DNA of 62,878 nt, counting the filler, from Octopus bimaculoides (taxonomy: Eukaryota), in NCBI RefSeq assembly GCF_001194135.2. It is 3 parts of 3 records of this genome, joined end to end, with 100 filler letters (N's around TTAATTAATTAA, not from the genome) between each part and the next. Parts side by side here need not be neighbours in the genome. Positions count along the whole stretch, not along the records: positions 1 to 29,884 come from NC_069004.1; 2 more parts are not named here. One strand, given 5' to 3'. Every line of letters starts with the position of its first letter. Position 1 is the stretch's first letter. The translations under genes were made by a program, and so were the position numbers. Under the pieces are notes generated by a model. The model saw nothing but the letters and a program-made list of their open reading frames with translations, was not told the DNA's origin and ran no database searches. Of this stretch, positions 1 to 13,270 are shown one piece after another.

Positions 1-193
1 CATCTGTGACCATCCCATCTGTGACCATCCCATCTGTGACCATCCCATCTGTGACCATCCCATCTGTGACCATCCCATTCGTTACCATCCCATTTGTTAC
101 CATCCCATCTGTTACCATCCCATCTGTTACCATCCCATCTGTGACCATCTCATCTGTGACCATCCCATCTGTGACCATCCCATCTGTGACCAT
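1..193. repeat. 15-bp tandem minisatellite (CATCTGTGACCATCC)n, ~13 copies, truncated by window start
   Basis: Unit read directly; variants GTGAC/GTTAC; produces the spurious (TIPSV)n ORF 6..197. Confidence 0.95.
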
Positions 194-599
194 ATAGTCT
201 AATTTGATTGAGTATGGCATGTGTGTAGAATACAATAAATATGAGATCCAGCACCCAACAGAGGACCTGTTCTTTTCTGTGTCTAACTGGTATTTGTATT
301 GTCTGGTATCATTTATCAGTATCTGTATCAATGTCTATCTTTACAGAGAGTACTGGGTGCATTTTCATAGCACTGACACTTGAGAGGTGACCATCTCCTT
401 GGCACATGTCTCTGCTTACTTACCAGCCTCAGAGTGAGAAGCATGAAAGATTGTGACAAGAGAGATGGATGATTGACAGGAGTACGCAGTATTTCGAGTT
501 AGCTATGTATATTCAAGGCAATGTGACAGAAGGTAATGTGACCCAGGGGATAGAACATGACAGAGGTCCAAGATGTGGAGAGAAATGAAACAAGAGTAT

Positions 600-920
600 G
601 ATGACAGGCTGAATGAAAGAGTGAAGACATTTAGCACAAGGGAGGAAGGTGAAGGAAGAGTGTACTGGGCACAATTGGTCCAATTATAGCCTCCTATACT
701 TATGCTTTGAGATAGGCCAGAGAGATCAGGTGGAAGTGGGAATGAAAAGCTACTGAGTTACTGTATTAGTGAACAGCATAAACAAGACTTGATGAGGGAG
801 TTAGATGGTCAGATAGGTATAGTAGAATTCTTAGTTAAACAAGAAGCAATGCTCAGTGGACAGAAGGGATCTACTGCCTTCTTTAGTCCTACCAGTGGTA
901 GAGTGAGATTGAGAAGTTGG
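600..920 (-). mobile_element. Highly degraded LINE reverse-transcriptase remnant (I/Jockey-group-like)
   Basis: Minus-strand pieces 'PFCPLSIASCLTK' (cf. RPISLxSCLxK), 'LSQSI' and 'PCAKCLHSFI' (cf. LPPCFVxWIxSFL) in the expected order, with frameshifts. Confidence 0.35.
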
Positions 921-1518
921 TGTGACTGAGAGATGAGCAATAGGGGCATGAGTTCGTAAAGCATGAGAGATAAAAGGCACAGGCAAAGGGGACATGGGTG
1001 ACAGAAAGATGAGTGATAAAGGGGTGTATGATGCAAAAGGTGTGAGAAAGAGGGGAGTGATAGGAGCCTCTGCACAAGGGCTAAGATATCTACTTAAGCA
1101 TCAAGAGATGAATTAAAAATGTACATGAAACTGGAGCAATGCATTTGTGTTGAGATGAATACTGAAATCTTTAGTTTTAAAAATTCATAGCTAGGGTCAC
1201 ATATATTAAATTACTGTTTTGTTCTTCAAGCTTAAACTGGTTATTTTTAGAGAGTTCATCAGCAGAAAGTTTCATATTTGAATATAGGTGAGGGTTTCCC
1301 CACTACTGCTTTACATACTTACTCAACCTACAAGAAATAGCCAAATCTCCATCAAATTACTTTTATGCTCATCAGTCTTAAAAGAAGAAGGACAAGTTGA
1401 TTAATATAACTCTATACATTCTATGCCTGAATAAAAGATGAGGTGGTCATGGTTGAAGTGTTTTTCACTGTAGGTCTGCTCTATCAGAGTTGAACTGGGA
1501 CTAAGCAACAACTCACGA

Positions 1519-1566
<48 letters not shown>

Positions 1567-2145
1567 ACAGACAGAAGACTTGAGAAATCCAGCACATGAG
1601 AAAAAGTCTGTGAATCAAAATACAACAAACCTGAGAAAGTACTTTCCTGTTAAATATACTGAAATTTCAAATGAAAACAAATTATAAACACAGGAATGAA
1701 GAGAAACACCCATGTCTGGAAATTTGAGATATGTAAGATGTATATGTACGTAAGTGTGTGTAGGTGTCCATATATGTGTGTGCATATGCATACATGTACA
1801 TTCGTTTATGAACATTTATGTATGCATGTGATTATGTGTATGGTTGTTGTCTTTGATACATTGAATGTGTTTATACGGAGATAAATACATTTGGTAATCT
1901 CTCACTTTGCTGTGTATGTTTCAGAGGTTTAACAGCAAAAATAGGAAGTACCTTCTTTTTTAACACATGCAGATATACACACAGACACACATATATGCAC
2001 GCGCATGTGCGCACATACACACGCGCACACACACAACATTAGTAATCCCACATTTGTATTTATGTATTTAGTCACTTTATAAAACTCATACAGCACCATA
2101 CATATACATATAGTATCACATATGCGAAAAATAATATAGCAGCAT

Positions 2146-2200
2146 ATGTTCTGAGTTCAAATTCTGCCGAGGTCGACTTTGCCTTTTATCCATTTCAGAT
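2146..2200 (+). mobile_element. SINE family A fragment (tRNA-derived, box B region)
   Basis: GTTCTGAGTTCAAATTCTGCCGAGGTCGACTTTGCCTTT matches the fuller copy at 41871-42100. Confidence 0.8.
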
Positions 2201-4087
2201 CTATTCAATTAAACGTACAGATTATTTGATTAATTTTTTTAAACTAAACACTTTCAAACTTCCAATACTGGTTGAATGTGTCACATAGAACTGGGTTTAC
2301 TCTTAACGTTTTTGACAAAATTTTGTATTTTAGAAGTTATTTCGTCAGAAGTTACAGAGTGACAATGGACAAATTCATGTTTGATAAGTACCAATACATG
2401 AAACTCTCAGCTTTTGATTTACTCTCTAACTTCTGCCAATGATATATATACGTATTACATGTATGTGTAAAAAAATCTCATCATGCAACTGAACCAATGA
2501 AAGAACCTGGTTGCTCGGCATGCTAAAAATAGCAGCNNNNNNNNNNNNNNNNNNNNNNNNNNNNNNNNNNNNNNNNNNNNNNNNNNNNNNNNNNNNNNNN
2601 NNNNNNNNNNNNNNNNNNNNNNNNNNNNNNNNNNNNNNNNNNNNNNNNNNNNNNNNNNNNNNNNNNNNNNNNNNNNNNNNNNNNNNNNNNNNNNNNNNNN
2701 NNNNNNNNNNNNNNNNNNNNNNNNNNNNNNNNNNNNNNNNNNNNNNNNNNNNNNNNNNNNNNNNNNNNNNNNNNNNNNNNNNNNNNNNNNNNNNNNNNNN
2801 NNNNNNNNNNNNNNNNNNNNNNNNNNNNNNNNNNNNNNNNNNNNNNNNNNNNNNNNNNNNNNNNNNNNNNNNNNNNNNNNNNNNNNNNNNNNNNNNNNNN
2901 NNNNNNNNNNNNNNNNNNNNNNNNNNNNNNNNNNNNNNNNNNNNNNNNNNNNNNNNNNNNNNNNNNNNNNNNNNNNNNNNNNNNNNNNNNNNNNNNNNNN
3001 NNNNNNNNNNNNNNNNNNNNNNNNNNNNNNNNNNNNNNNNNNNNNNNNNNNNNNNNNNNNNNNNNNNNNNNNNNNNNNNNNNNNNNNNNNNNNNNNNNNN
3101 NNNNNNNNNNNNNNNNNNNNNNNNNNNNNNNNNNNNNNNNNNNNNNNNNNNNNNNNNNNNNNNNNNNNNNNNNNNNNNNNNNNNNNNNNNNNNNNNNNNN
3201 NNNNNNNNNNNNNNNNNNNNNNNNNNNNNNNNNNNNNNNNNNNNNNNNNNNNNNNNNNNNNNNNNNNNNNNNNNNNNNNNNNNNNNNNNNNNNNNNNNNN
3301 NNNNNNNNNNNNNNNNNNNNNNNNNNNNNNNNNNNNNNNNNNNNNNNNNNNNNNNNNNNNNNNNNNNNNNNNNNNNNNNNNNNNNNNNNNNNNNNNNNNN
3401 NNNNNNNNNNNNNNNNNNNNNNNNNNNNNNNNNNNNNNNNNNNNNNNNNNNNNNNNNNNNNNNNNNNNNNNNNNNNATATTTACAAATAACACTATATTT
3501 ATTTAAGTAGAATTTGGCTAATTTACTGCCTTAAATACAGAAAAAAGTGACTAATTAGACAAACTTACAAATTAACTGAACAGTTTTGTACAACAAATTT
3601 CAAAGAAGAGAACTGTAAAGAGTGATAAATTAGAAGAACTGGCATTCTTTGCTGCAATATTTTAAGTAAGAAGTTTCTAATTCTTTACTTTACTACAAGT
3701 AATAGTTTGTCCTATTCTTTTACAGGTGTAATAACTTGTCCTATACTTTTCCAGGTTTATAATCTTAAGAATATTACTTTTCATGCTCGCATTTTTCCAT
3801 GTAATATATACATACAACCTTCGACAGAGTAACATTCATATATACAACTTGAACAGACACACATATCAGTACATAAACATACGTCCACATGTACATACAC
3901 ATATACACACACGCAGACATGTCTACACACATACCTAAGTACTCATGTACATATATACATAAGTACATACATACATACATACATACGTACATACGTATAG
4001 GTGTGCATGCATGTATACACATGTACACATGCATACGCACATACTTTCATGCACACATACACATACATATCGTGAACCATTACTTTC

Positions 4088-4232
4088 TCAGATGCAGCAC
4101 AGAATTTTGTCAGTGAACAGGTCATGGTTTCAAAGCAACGAAAATATTTTGACAAATTAAATTTAAATGTTGAAGTGAATTTAACGTTTTCTTTTGTGTT
4201 TTTAAATGGTTTATAGACACCTTCCATGCTGC
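4088..4232 (+). mobile_element. Fragment of the mariner-type element end also present at 16540-16932
   Basis: CAGATGCAGCACAGAATTTTGT..GTGAACAGGTC..AAATATTTTGACAAATTAAATTTAAATGTTGAAGTGAAT is the reverse complement of ~16760-16900. Confidence 0.7.
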
Positions 4233-4234
4233 AG

Positions 4235-4269
<35 letters not shown>

Positions 4270-4643
4270 NNNNNNNNNNNNNNNNNNNNNNNNNNNNNNN
4301 NNNNNNNNNNNNNNNNNNNNNNNNNNNNNNNNNNNNNNNNNNNNNNNNNNNNNNNNNNNNNNNNNNNNNNNNNNNNNNNNNNNNNNNNNNNNNNNNNNNN
4401 NNNNNNNNNNNNNNNNNNNNNNNNNNNNNNNNNNNNNNNNNNNNNNNNNNNNNNNNNNNNNNNNNNNNNNNNNNNNNNNNNNNNNNNNNNNNNNNNNNNN
4501 NNNNNNNNNNNNNNNNNNNNNNNNNNNNNNNNNNNNNNNNNNNNNNNNNNNNNNNNNNNNNNNNNNNNNNNNNNNNNNNNNNNNGTCATTCCATAAATAT
4601 TATGATTTTTTCAATTGTCCGAACTAAAAGTGGGAGGGAGACA

Positions 4644-5290
4644 GGATAAACTATCTGCATCAACTTGCTATAAAAGCAGGTAGTAATGTTATCTTGTGCT
4701 TATTCTTAGTGCAAGTTTTGGAGAGTGCAGTTCGATTTTAAGTTATTTTTTCAAAGCTATAATGGAAGTGACAAAGGAGCATATTCAGTATATTTTGCTT
4801 TGAGTTCAATAAAGGCAACAATGCAATGGAAAGTGCAAGAGATATTAATGCAGTATATGGGGATCGGACAATAATTTTAAGCCAGTGTCAACGGTGGTTC
4901 CAGAAATTCTGAGCCAGATCCTACAACCTAGAAAATGAGCCTCATCTTGGAAGATATCTAGAGCTCGACAAGGACATCCTGCAAACCCTGGTGGAACAAA
5001 ATCCCATTGCAACTGTTGAAGAACAGCAGTGAAGCTTGGATTTGGTCATTCAACCATTCATTGACACCTGCGTGCCATCAGAAATGTCAGCAAATTGGGT
5101 CAATGGATTGCTCACAAACTTTCTGAGTCCAATCATGTGCAGGGAGTGAATGTGTGCTCTTCTTTGCTGTCACATCTCACGAATTAACCTTTTTTGCACC
5201 AATAGTGACTGGTGATGAGAAATGGGTTCTCTATAAAAATGTCAAGCACCGATATAGTGGGTAGGGAAAGAAGAAACACTGGCACCCCAA
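4644..5290 (+). mobile_element. mariner DNA transposon, 5' half, pseudogenised transposase
   Basis: MEVTKEHIQYILL..FNKGNNAMESARDINAVYG..QCQRWFQKF (HTH region), 'GQWIAHKLSE' (WVPHEL motif) and 'IVTGDEKWVLY' (first catalytic D). Frameshifted and ends at an RTE remnant. Confidence 0.9.
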
Positions 5291-5299
5291 TTCTTCGCT

Positions 5300-7050
5300 G
5301 TACTCATGGTTAACTCTCACCTTACTGACAGCATCTTTGTACATGGCCTATATAGATTTCACTAGCCACTTGTCTATCCCTAGCCTCCTCATCCCCTACC
5401 ATATCACACAGCAGGCTTTCTCTAGATCAACGAATTCCAAGTATAATGGTTTATTCTTAGCTATGTACTTCTCTTTCAGTTGCATGACTATGTCAGTAGT
5501 GCTTCTCCTCCCTCAGATAAAGCCAAACTATATTTTGTTCACCCTAATTCTGCTCTTAATTAATTGGGCAATAACTTGCTCTGTAATTCTCATCACCTGG
5601 TCCAGGAGTTTGACGTCTCTGTAATTGCTTCTATCTTAGGCATCGCCCTTATACTTGTAGCAGCTAACAATTATGCTGCTACATCAGTCACAGGGTATAA
5701 CACCTTCCTGAATGACCTGATTAACTATGCGGGTAACAAGCCCATATCTTACCTTACCAGATATTTTGAGCATTTCAGCCAGATGGACCAGGGGCTTTCC
5801 CAGTTTTCATGTTTTTAATTGCCTTATCTACCATACTGCTGTCCACTATGATAGCCGGTCCCTCTGTTGGTTTCACATGAGGGAGACTGCCTTTATTCTA
5901 TTCATTTTCTATATTCAACAGTCTCGCATAGTAACTTTCCACATCTCTTTCTTGTCCACATTACTAATTGCAAGCATACCATTATCCATCCACACACACT
6001 TCCCTCCTACAATATCTTTATTCTTACTGACACACTATCTAGCAATCTGGAACACTTCAAGCCTCTGATCTTCACACTGTAGGACATTGACAGATCTCTT
6101 CTTTTCTGCTTCTACTCTAACTAGATAAACTTGACATCTCACCTCCCTTTTAGCTTCCTGATATGATTCTTTGCTATCTCCTGTTTTCCAGTCTGTCCAG
6201 ACTTGTCTCTTCTCTTTTGTGGCCCTGTCAACATCAATGTTCCATCATCACATCATCCTTGGTGTGGCAGAAGCTTTGCTCCAACCACAAATTTAGTAGA
6301 TTGTCCCGTAGGAACTTTCAGTTGTCCTCTATATCATGTGTCTCTATCTCTTCCTCCTTCTCATCAGAGACCTCATTGAAAACATTTCTAAATCTCTGCC
6401 TGTTTGAAGGATCCTTGAAATTCCACAGCCTCCTTTTCCATATTGGCTTGCATCTTTTGGTCTCTAAGCCTGAAGTCACTAACCACTAGCTTATGTTGAG
6501 TTGTACATTCTTCCCTTGGGAAAGATTTTGCAATTACGAGCATATATCTATCCATGTGTCTGGTGAGGATGTAGTCAATCTGGCTGGTGTGCCCCATCCA
6601 TTGATAAGTGTTCAGATGGTTGTTAGTCTTGCAGACCAGTAAGCCACAAGCATCACAAAACTCCGGCAGCCTTATCCCTTCCGCATTTCTGGAGCCAAAG
6701 CTGTAGCTGCCATGCACACCCTGAAATCCATAGGAGTATTTTCCAACATGTCCATTGAAGTCCCCTGCCATGATGAGAATGTCATCGTCTTTTGTCATCG
6801 AGATAGTACTCAGCAGGGATTCATAGAAGAGGTCCTACTGAGTATCTGCAAGTCCAGTGTGTGGAGCAAATGAAGAGATAACTGACAGAGTTACATCAAA
6901 CAAGGTTATTCTTAACTTAATAATCCAATTACATACCCTGACTACCTCGATCACTTTATCCACCCATTTCTCTACTAGTAGGATACCCATCATTGTTGCC
7001 TGCCAAGAAAAAGCTGTATCTATGCAGGGGTTTGGTGCAGGCATCATTTT
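5300..7050 (-). mobile_element. RTE-clade LINE remnant (APE endonuclease through partial RT)
   Basis: ORF 6388..6798 has ILIMAGDFNGHVG and SQIDYILTR; 6835..7047 has IKLRITLFD..VISSFAPHTGL; RT-region piece near 5320-5420. Homologous to 15640-16500 and 17925-20345. Confidence 0.9.
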
Positions 7051-7289
7051 ATAATTAAAAAATTTGCTTTATATTATGCAGTTCTTAGTTTGGTCCCACT
7101 GCATAGCACCTTGGGCAAGACTCCTCTCCTATAACTTCAAGCTATATTTACATATATGGGTGTCTACAAATATACTTAGAATACTTAGAAACGTTTTGGA
7201 CAGAATTGGCCCAGGCTATGGCTAACTTAATACTACCAAGAAAAGACATTTAATGATGCTTCACATTAGTCATTCTCTGGACACCAGAG

Positions 7290-8150
7290 CCCATTCAAGT
7301 AAATAGTTATAGTTAGCAGATATAGCTAAGTGTAAGTGGTCTATCTGGATTTTGTAGGAGAGATTTGTTCAGGAACCATTTGAATGTTTTGAGATCTTTT
7401 CCATCTCTTATGGTTCTTGATGATGCTACAGAGAGCAGGAGCAGTTTAAATGAAATAGTTCTATCTAGTGCTGTGATGTGATGCAACCATGATTTTTGCA
7501 TAGAGACCAGCCTTGGGTGAATTTTAAAGTTGATGCCAGCAACATTTGGAAAACGCTGCCAGATACTTTCCACATCATACAAATAACACACTCACGGTGG
7601 CGTTGGAGGGAATAATGTTTAAGTTTAAGATGATCCAAATAATCAAGACATGTCATGCTGTCTATTTTTCTTGTGATCAATCTCAGGGGCACTTCAATTT
7701 GTATAATATCTTGTTTCATATAGGGAGACCACAGTGGACAACAATATTCAAGATGAGGATGGGTGAAGGTGGAGAAGAGAAGGATAATGGCAGAAGCATC
7801 TCTAGACTGAAAACATCCAGGAGCATGCCCTACAAGTTGTTGTTCATGGTTACTCTAAGGTCCCGAGCAGTGTTTGATGCCATGGAGTTTTCACTTGAGG
7901 GAAGAGTGTATATGGTAGCTTAAGTGAAGCCTCTTTACTGATTTGGATTAATTCAAATTTATTCTGATTTAGCTGCATATTGTGTTTTCTCACCCATCAG
8001 ATAACAGTGAGCAGATTTGACTGGAGATTAGTCCAGTCTCCTGCTCTGTCAACAAATTTCAGAAGCTTAGAGTTATCAGCGAAAATTCCAATGCTGCTGT
8101 GTCTCTCTTTTCTCCTATAGTTAGCTAATATTTTGTGTAGAAAATGAACT
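7290..8150 (-). mobile_element. CR1-clade LINE, 3' RT/C-terminal remnant
   Basis: 'IFADNSKLLKF' (FADD motif), then QDIIQIEVPLRLITRKIDSMTCLDYLDHLKLKHYSLQRHRECVICMMWK and KDLKTFKWFLNKSL. Confidence 0.85.
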
Positions 8151-8780
8151 CCAAGTGTCAAATTGTAAGAGAGAGCACATTTAGCATTTATCTTTTCTGT
8201 TAGTGATATATACTCTCATTGTCCAGGCCTTCATTCTATAGGAGTAAACAGCAGAAACATATACAGGCACATATACTCATATATACAAGTGTATACACAC
8301 AAATACACACATGTACAGAAATACACACACACACACATGCATAGCTTTTTTTTTTCTTATGTGCAAAGAATACCACAAGTAGGAATCCAAATTGGTTTAT
8401 GGAGGATTTGGTGGGTACTGATAGCTGTTTCAGAAGTAGTGGAAATGTAGTGATGATGGGGGAATTAGTGATTGTCATGTGATGTTGTGAGTGATAGTAG
8501 TTGTAGTAGTAGTAATATTTGTTGTAACAACAGCAGCAGTGGATGCATGCATGCATGTGTGTGCGTGTGTGTGTGTGTGTGTGTGAAAGAGAGAGTGTAC
8601 AAGTGTGTATGCATGTGTTGGTGCACTGGAAATATGTTTAAAGAGTTTTAAGTTGGAAAATATTTCTAGCATGGTTGTTATTTACAGTGTTGCTAATGTT
8701 GATGTGATGGAGAAGCATAGTGTGTATGTGTGGGGACGAGTGGACAAGTGTGCGTGTGTGTGTGTGGGGGGATGAGGCTG

Positions 8781-8812
<32 letters not shown>

Positions 8813-9439
8813 ATGGGTGTGGATGTATGTGTGTGTGTCTATGTATGTTGAGTGGTTGTGTACAGTGGGTGAGTATTTTCAGTGGTAGTGGTGGTGGTGG
8901 TGGTGTAGAGGAACAACTGTAGCAGATGCTGTAAAATCAATGTCAGCAATTTCAGGTTTTAACACAAGAAAAAAAAAAGCAAAAACAATTTTATCCACAA
9001 CATTCTAAATACCAAAGTGTTTTTCTATTTCTTAATTTTCGTGTTCAATTTATTTAATGATTTTCACATTTGTTGTTTATTTTTTTATTTTTATTTTTCA
9101 AGCACTAATGTTTGGGTTGGGTATTTCTGAAATTCCACATATTCAACTTCAGCTATGTCCCCTTTGCTACCTTTGACCTTTGCTTCTTTCTCTTCAGCAA
9201 AGGTACAATTTTGATTAGTATTTCTTGACTCATTGCATCAAGTATGTTCTGGCTTGCACAATAGCAGTGGCACGGCTATTGTACTGAACACCAATCCATA
9301 TTCAATGCTATATTTGGGGTATTTCTGTGTTTTCATGGAGAACAAAGAGCACTCAACTACATTGATGCTATGGGCAAAGACACAATATGAAATTGAGGAT
9401 CTATAAAAATTAGTTGGAGACAGGGTTGTGATTCACATC

Positions 9440-9620
9440 AGAGAAAGAAATAATGTAGGTAGCAAACTGTGGAGACCCTTCTTCTGGACATGTGAAATGA
9501 CTGAACATGGAACAACCAAAACATTGAAGAATGAGAAAGAATTTAAAGTGAATGCAAACATGAATTGCAAAGCAAAAGATCTCATCTACTGCATCACATG
9601 CCCACAATGCAATGATAATT
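9440..9620 (+). mobile_element. Penelope-like element GIY-YIG endonuclease fragment
   Basis: TCEMTEHGTTKTLKNEKEFKVNANMNCKAKDLIYCITCPQCNDNY fits the PLE Cys/GIY region (NCxxxNLIYxIxCxxC..YIG); truncated before YIG. Confidence 0.75.
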
Positions 9621-9659
9621 ACCATTATTATGGCTGGGTTCCAACCTGGGCTGCAGCAA

Positions 9660-10420
9660 CAAAGTCTACCCACCACACTTTTCGATCCATCATCACTGCC
9701 CCAGTGTCCTAGATATATTCCAGGCCAGTGTCTACAATCAAGTTGTCAATGTGTGATGACATTTTCATCTTCTTACATCGTCATAAAGTGAGTTCCAGAT
9801 GACTAATTTAAATGCTTCTATCTCAGGGTGGTGCACACAGTGACTAGATTGCCGCAGTCGTCTTTGCCTGATCTTCTCGCTAAATTCCAGCCGGTCTCCA
9901 TAAAGACATTTGTTTGTCATATGTTGCTGCCATTTCGCATTTAGGGTCATTTGTAGCATCCATTTAGCCCATTTGATAGGTTCTTTGTCAATGTCCATGT
10001 TTCACTGCCATATAATAGCACTGATTCAACAGTTGCAATGAATAACTTGATTTTGGTTTGTCTGGACAATTTGGATTTCCATACTTTCTTTAGTTTGTAA
10101 CAGGCTGTCCATGCTTGTGCCTTCCTGATCTTAATGTCTGCTTCCAAACTGCTCACCCATCCACCTAAGTACTTAAAGTCTTCAGCAACATTCAATTTGG
10201 AACTGCTCAAAGCAAACAGTTCAGTATCACTTGATTGGTTGAAAGAAATGCATTCCATTTTCTTGACATTTGTGTGCAGTCCTATTTTAGTAGCTGATGT
10301 TTCTACCCTGCTGAATAATTGTTGAGCTTGATCCATTTCATTAAATATGAGTGTGATATTATCTGTGAAGTCCAGGTCTGCGTGGTAACTGCTGGTATTC
10401 TCCATGATCTTTGCTGGTCT
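9660..10420 (-). mobile_element. RTE-type LINE (second family), RT C-terminal remnant
   Basis: DLDFTDNITL (DLDFADD), FKYLGGWV, ATVESVLLYGSETWTL, QRRLRQSSHCVHHP in ORFs 9947..10405 and 9765..9998. Confidence 0.9.
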
Positions 10421-10517
10421 ATAATGAAACCAATGTCTTCATCACTGCCTTCTGCATTAAATTAATTCTAGTTGTATTCAAATATACACGTTGGGAAGTG
10501 GGTTTTTTTGCGAATCA

Positions 10518-10652
10518 TTTTATTTACTGACCCTGAAAGGACGAAAGGCAAAGATGACCTTGGTGACATTTGAACTCAGAGCACAGTGAACTGGAAAGAT
10601 TACTGCAAAGCAATTTAGCCAATGCACTAACGACTCTGCTAATTAGCTGCCT
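10518..10652 (-). mobile_element. SINE family A, decayed
   Basis: Reverse complement of the family A head (GAAAGGCAAAG..TTTGAACTCAGA..CTAACGACTCTGC..AGCTGCC). Confidence 0.7.
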
Positions 10653-11759
10653 TTCATCATACTTATTGCAGAGTAAATCTATTTTGGGTCAAATCTGAGA
10701 TCTTTCACACAAAATCATGAACTACAAGCATCTTGACCACATGAGCCTTTCTCTCTCACAACCATCCACCCATGTTCTTCTGTGATCTCATCTGCTCCAT
10801 TATTGAGTCTACAAGTTTTTAATTGGATTAAGAAATTTCATGTGAGTTATTTGTGACATCCCTGATTTTAGCACACCCTAATTTATTGAGTGCATAGAGC
10901 CAACCCTGGTCGTGTGTGTGAGGAGGGGGGAGTTATTGCCATGGTGATGGTGTTGGTGGTGTTGCTGGTGATATTGTTAATGTTGAGTGATGGTGATGGT
11001 GGTTGTGATAGTGGTAGCAGTGATATTGATAAAATGGTAGAAGGGGTGGTAGTGATATTATTGTGGGGAAAGTTTGTGGTGATATTGGTGATGTAGGAGT
11101 GGTTGTAATGGAGGAAATATTGTTGTGGTAGGCGTTGTTGTTGTACTTCTGCTATTGTTGTGGTAATACTTATAATGGTAATGGTGATGTAATAATAAGA
11201 GTGGTACTGGTGATATGATGATGTTAGAAAGCTGGGGGTGTTAGTAGAAGTGGTGATATTGTTGCGGCAGCACAGGTAGTAGTACAGGTTGTGATATTGT
11301 TTTATTTACAAGTGTGGTGGTGATGATGATGTAATATATGTGGTGGTGATGATGATGTAATATACGTGGTGGTGATATTATTGTGGTAATAGCAAGTGTG
11401 GGGTGAGTAGATAGATATGATGGTGTTGGTGGCGATGGCAGCAGTGGTGGTGGTGATGGTGGTAGTGTGAGAAAATGTGTTGTATTAAGTTCTTACTACA
11501 TAATTAACAAATAGATTAGTTCTGGTATGTGTAGCATACTGGTAGTGATAAGATAAGACGATAAGGGTTGTTACTGTGAAATGTGGAATACTGTTGTTGG
11601 TGATGATGATAATTATGATGTGGGTGGGGTAGTGGCGACAAACACACACACACTTATATGTATGCACATACAAATATATACATACACACACTTGTATGAA
11701 TACACACATAAATACACACATAAATACACACACACACTCGTGTATATATATACTTGCAT

Positions 11760-12020
11760 GTGGGTTAGTGATTAGGGTATTTGGCTCACGATTGTAAAGT
11801 GATAAGTTTGATTCCTGGCAATGTGTTGTGTCCCTGAGCAAGACACTTTATTTCACGTTGCTCTAGTTCACTCAGCTGGCAAAAATGAGGAGTACTTTTA
11901 TTTCAAAGGGCCAGCCTTGTCACATTCTGTGTCATGCTGAATCTCCCAGAGAACTATGTTAAGGGTACGCGTATCTGTGGAATACTCAGCCACATGCACG
12001 TTAATTTCACGAGCAGGCTT
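11760..12020 (+). mobile_element. SINE family C (tRNA head plus CORE-like GTGTCCTTGAGCAAGACACTT), CpG-decayed
   Basis: Colinear with 49216-49535 over ~260 bp. Confidence 0.85.
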
Positions 12021-12250
12021 GCATCACCTGCAAGCCTCGTCATCATAACTGACAAAGTGCCAGTTTCCAGTTTCACTTGCTATATTAATTTTTCTCAAAT
12101 ATATACATGTAATATAATTTCCCATTCAGTTCACTGCTGCCCTCTTTATCTTGCTCTGTATGTACGTATTTGTGTATGTACATGCTTATATGTATGGATA
12201 TCCATCCATCCATCCACCCACCCACCCATCCATTAGATGATGATGATGAT

Positions 12251-12293
<43 letters not shown>

Positions 12294-12689
12294 NNNNNNN
12301 NNNNNNNNNNNNNNNNNNNNNNNNNNNNNNNNNNNNNNNNNNNNNNNNNNNNNNNNNNNNNNNNNNNNNNNNNNNNNNNNNNNNNNNNNNNNNNNNNNNN
12401 NNNNNNNNNNNNNNNNNNNNNNNNNNNNNNNNNNNNNNNNNNNNNNNNNNNNNNNNNNNNNNNNNNNNNNNNNNNNNNNNNNNNNNNNNNNNNNNNNNNN
12501 NNNNNNNNNNNNNNNNNNNNNNNNNNNNATATATATATGGGCCAAAGGACTGCATCAGGCTCTAATCTACTATACATATATATTTATATACATATATATT
12601 TATATATAAATTTTGTACAACTCTCTTATTCTTTCATTCTTTCTTTCTATCAGCCCTTTCACACTTACTTCGTTCTCTCCACTCTTCTT

Positions 12690-13270
12690 TCTTTCGTTCC
12701 CCCTCTCTCACATTTCCTGGCTTTCTCTTCATTCTCACCTTCCCTCCTCTTTCACTTCACTCTCTCCTTTTCTTTTTCTCGTCCCTCTGCCTCTACCTCT
12801 CTTCTCTCTCCAAACGTGACCAGTGTTTGGCCAAGCCTGACCTTTCTTTTTTGGTTCGACTACCATCCGTGCAACATCTATATTCTTCCCCATGCCTGTC
12901 ATCTCTTATATCCCTGCTGTAAGGCTTCACTTTCACACACGCCAGTTTAATTTAATTTGTCCTCAGTCGAAAGACACCTGTTGTTATGTCCTGTTATTTG
13001 CATTTGTATATGTGTACCATTTCTCCGTTTTTTTTCCCATCCTTGTTTTCGTATACATTCACTGCTTTCTTCCAAGGAATCTAATGCTCTTAGCTTAGTT
13101 TTTCGTTGGGGCTGGCCAGCTGGGAGCAATCTCAAGTATAACCAGCTGAAATAGCAAAGACAATCTGGAACTCGACTGAGGAAAGAACACTTTGAATAAC
13201 CCATCTGTGTTTTTTCTTGTCCCTCTTTTGTATCATCTGTCTGGATGTTTTGTTGTGCATTTTTTGTATT
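12690..13270 (+). repeat. Unclassified ~600-bp dispersed repeat (P1), possibly Penelope-related
   Basis: Reverse-complement copy at 39270-39875 and partial copy at 45288-45595 (shared GTATACATTC..TTCTTCCAAGGAAT..GGCTGGCCAG..GGAACTCGACTGAGGA). Confidence 0.8.

Noticed and set aside
6-197. (TIPSV)n ORF resembling a mucin-like repeat protein
   Set aside because: It is the translation of a 15-bp tandem repeat, with no splice or homology support.
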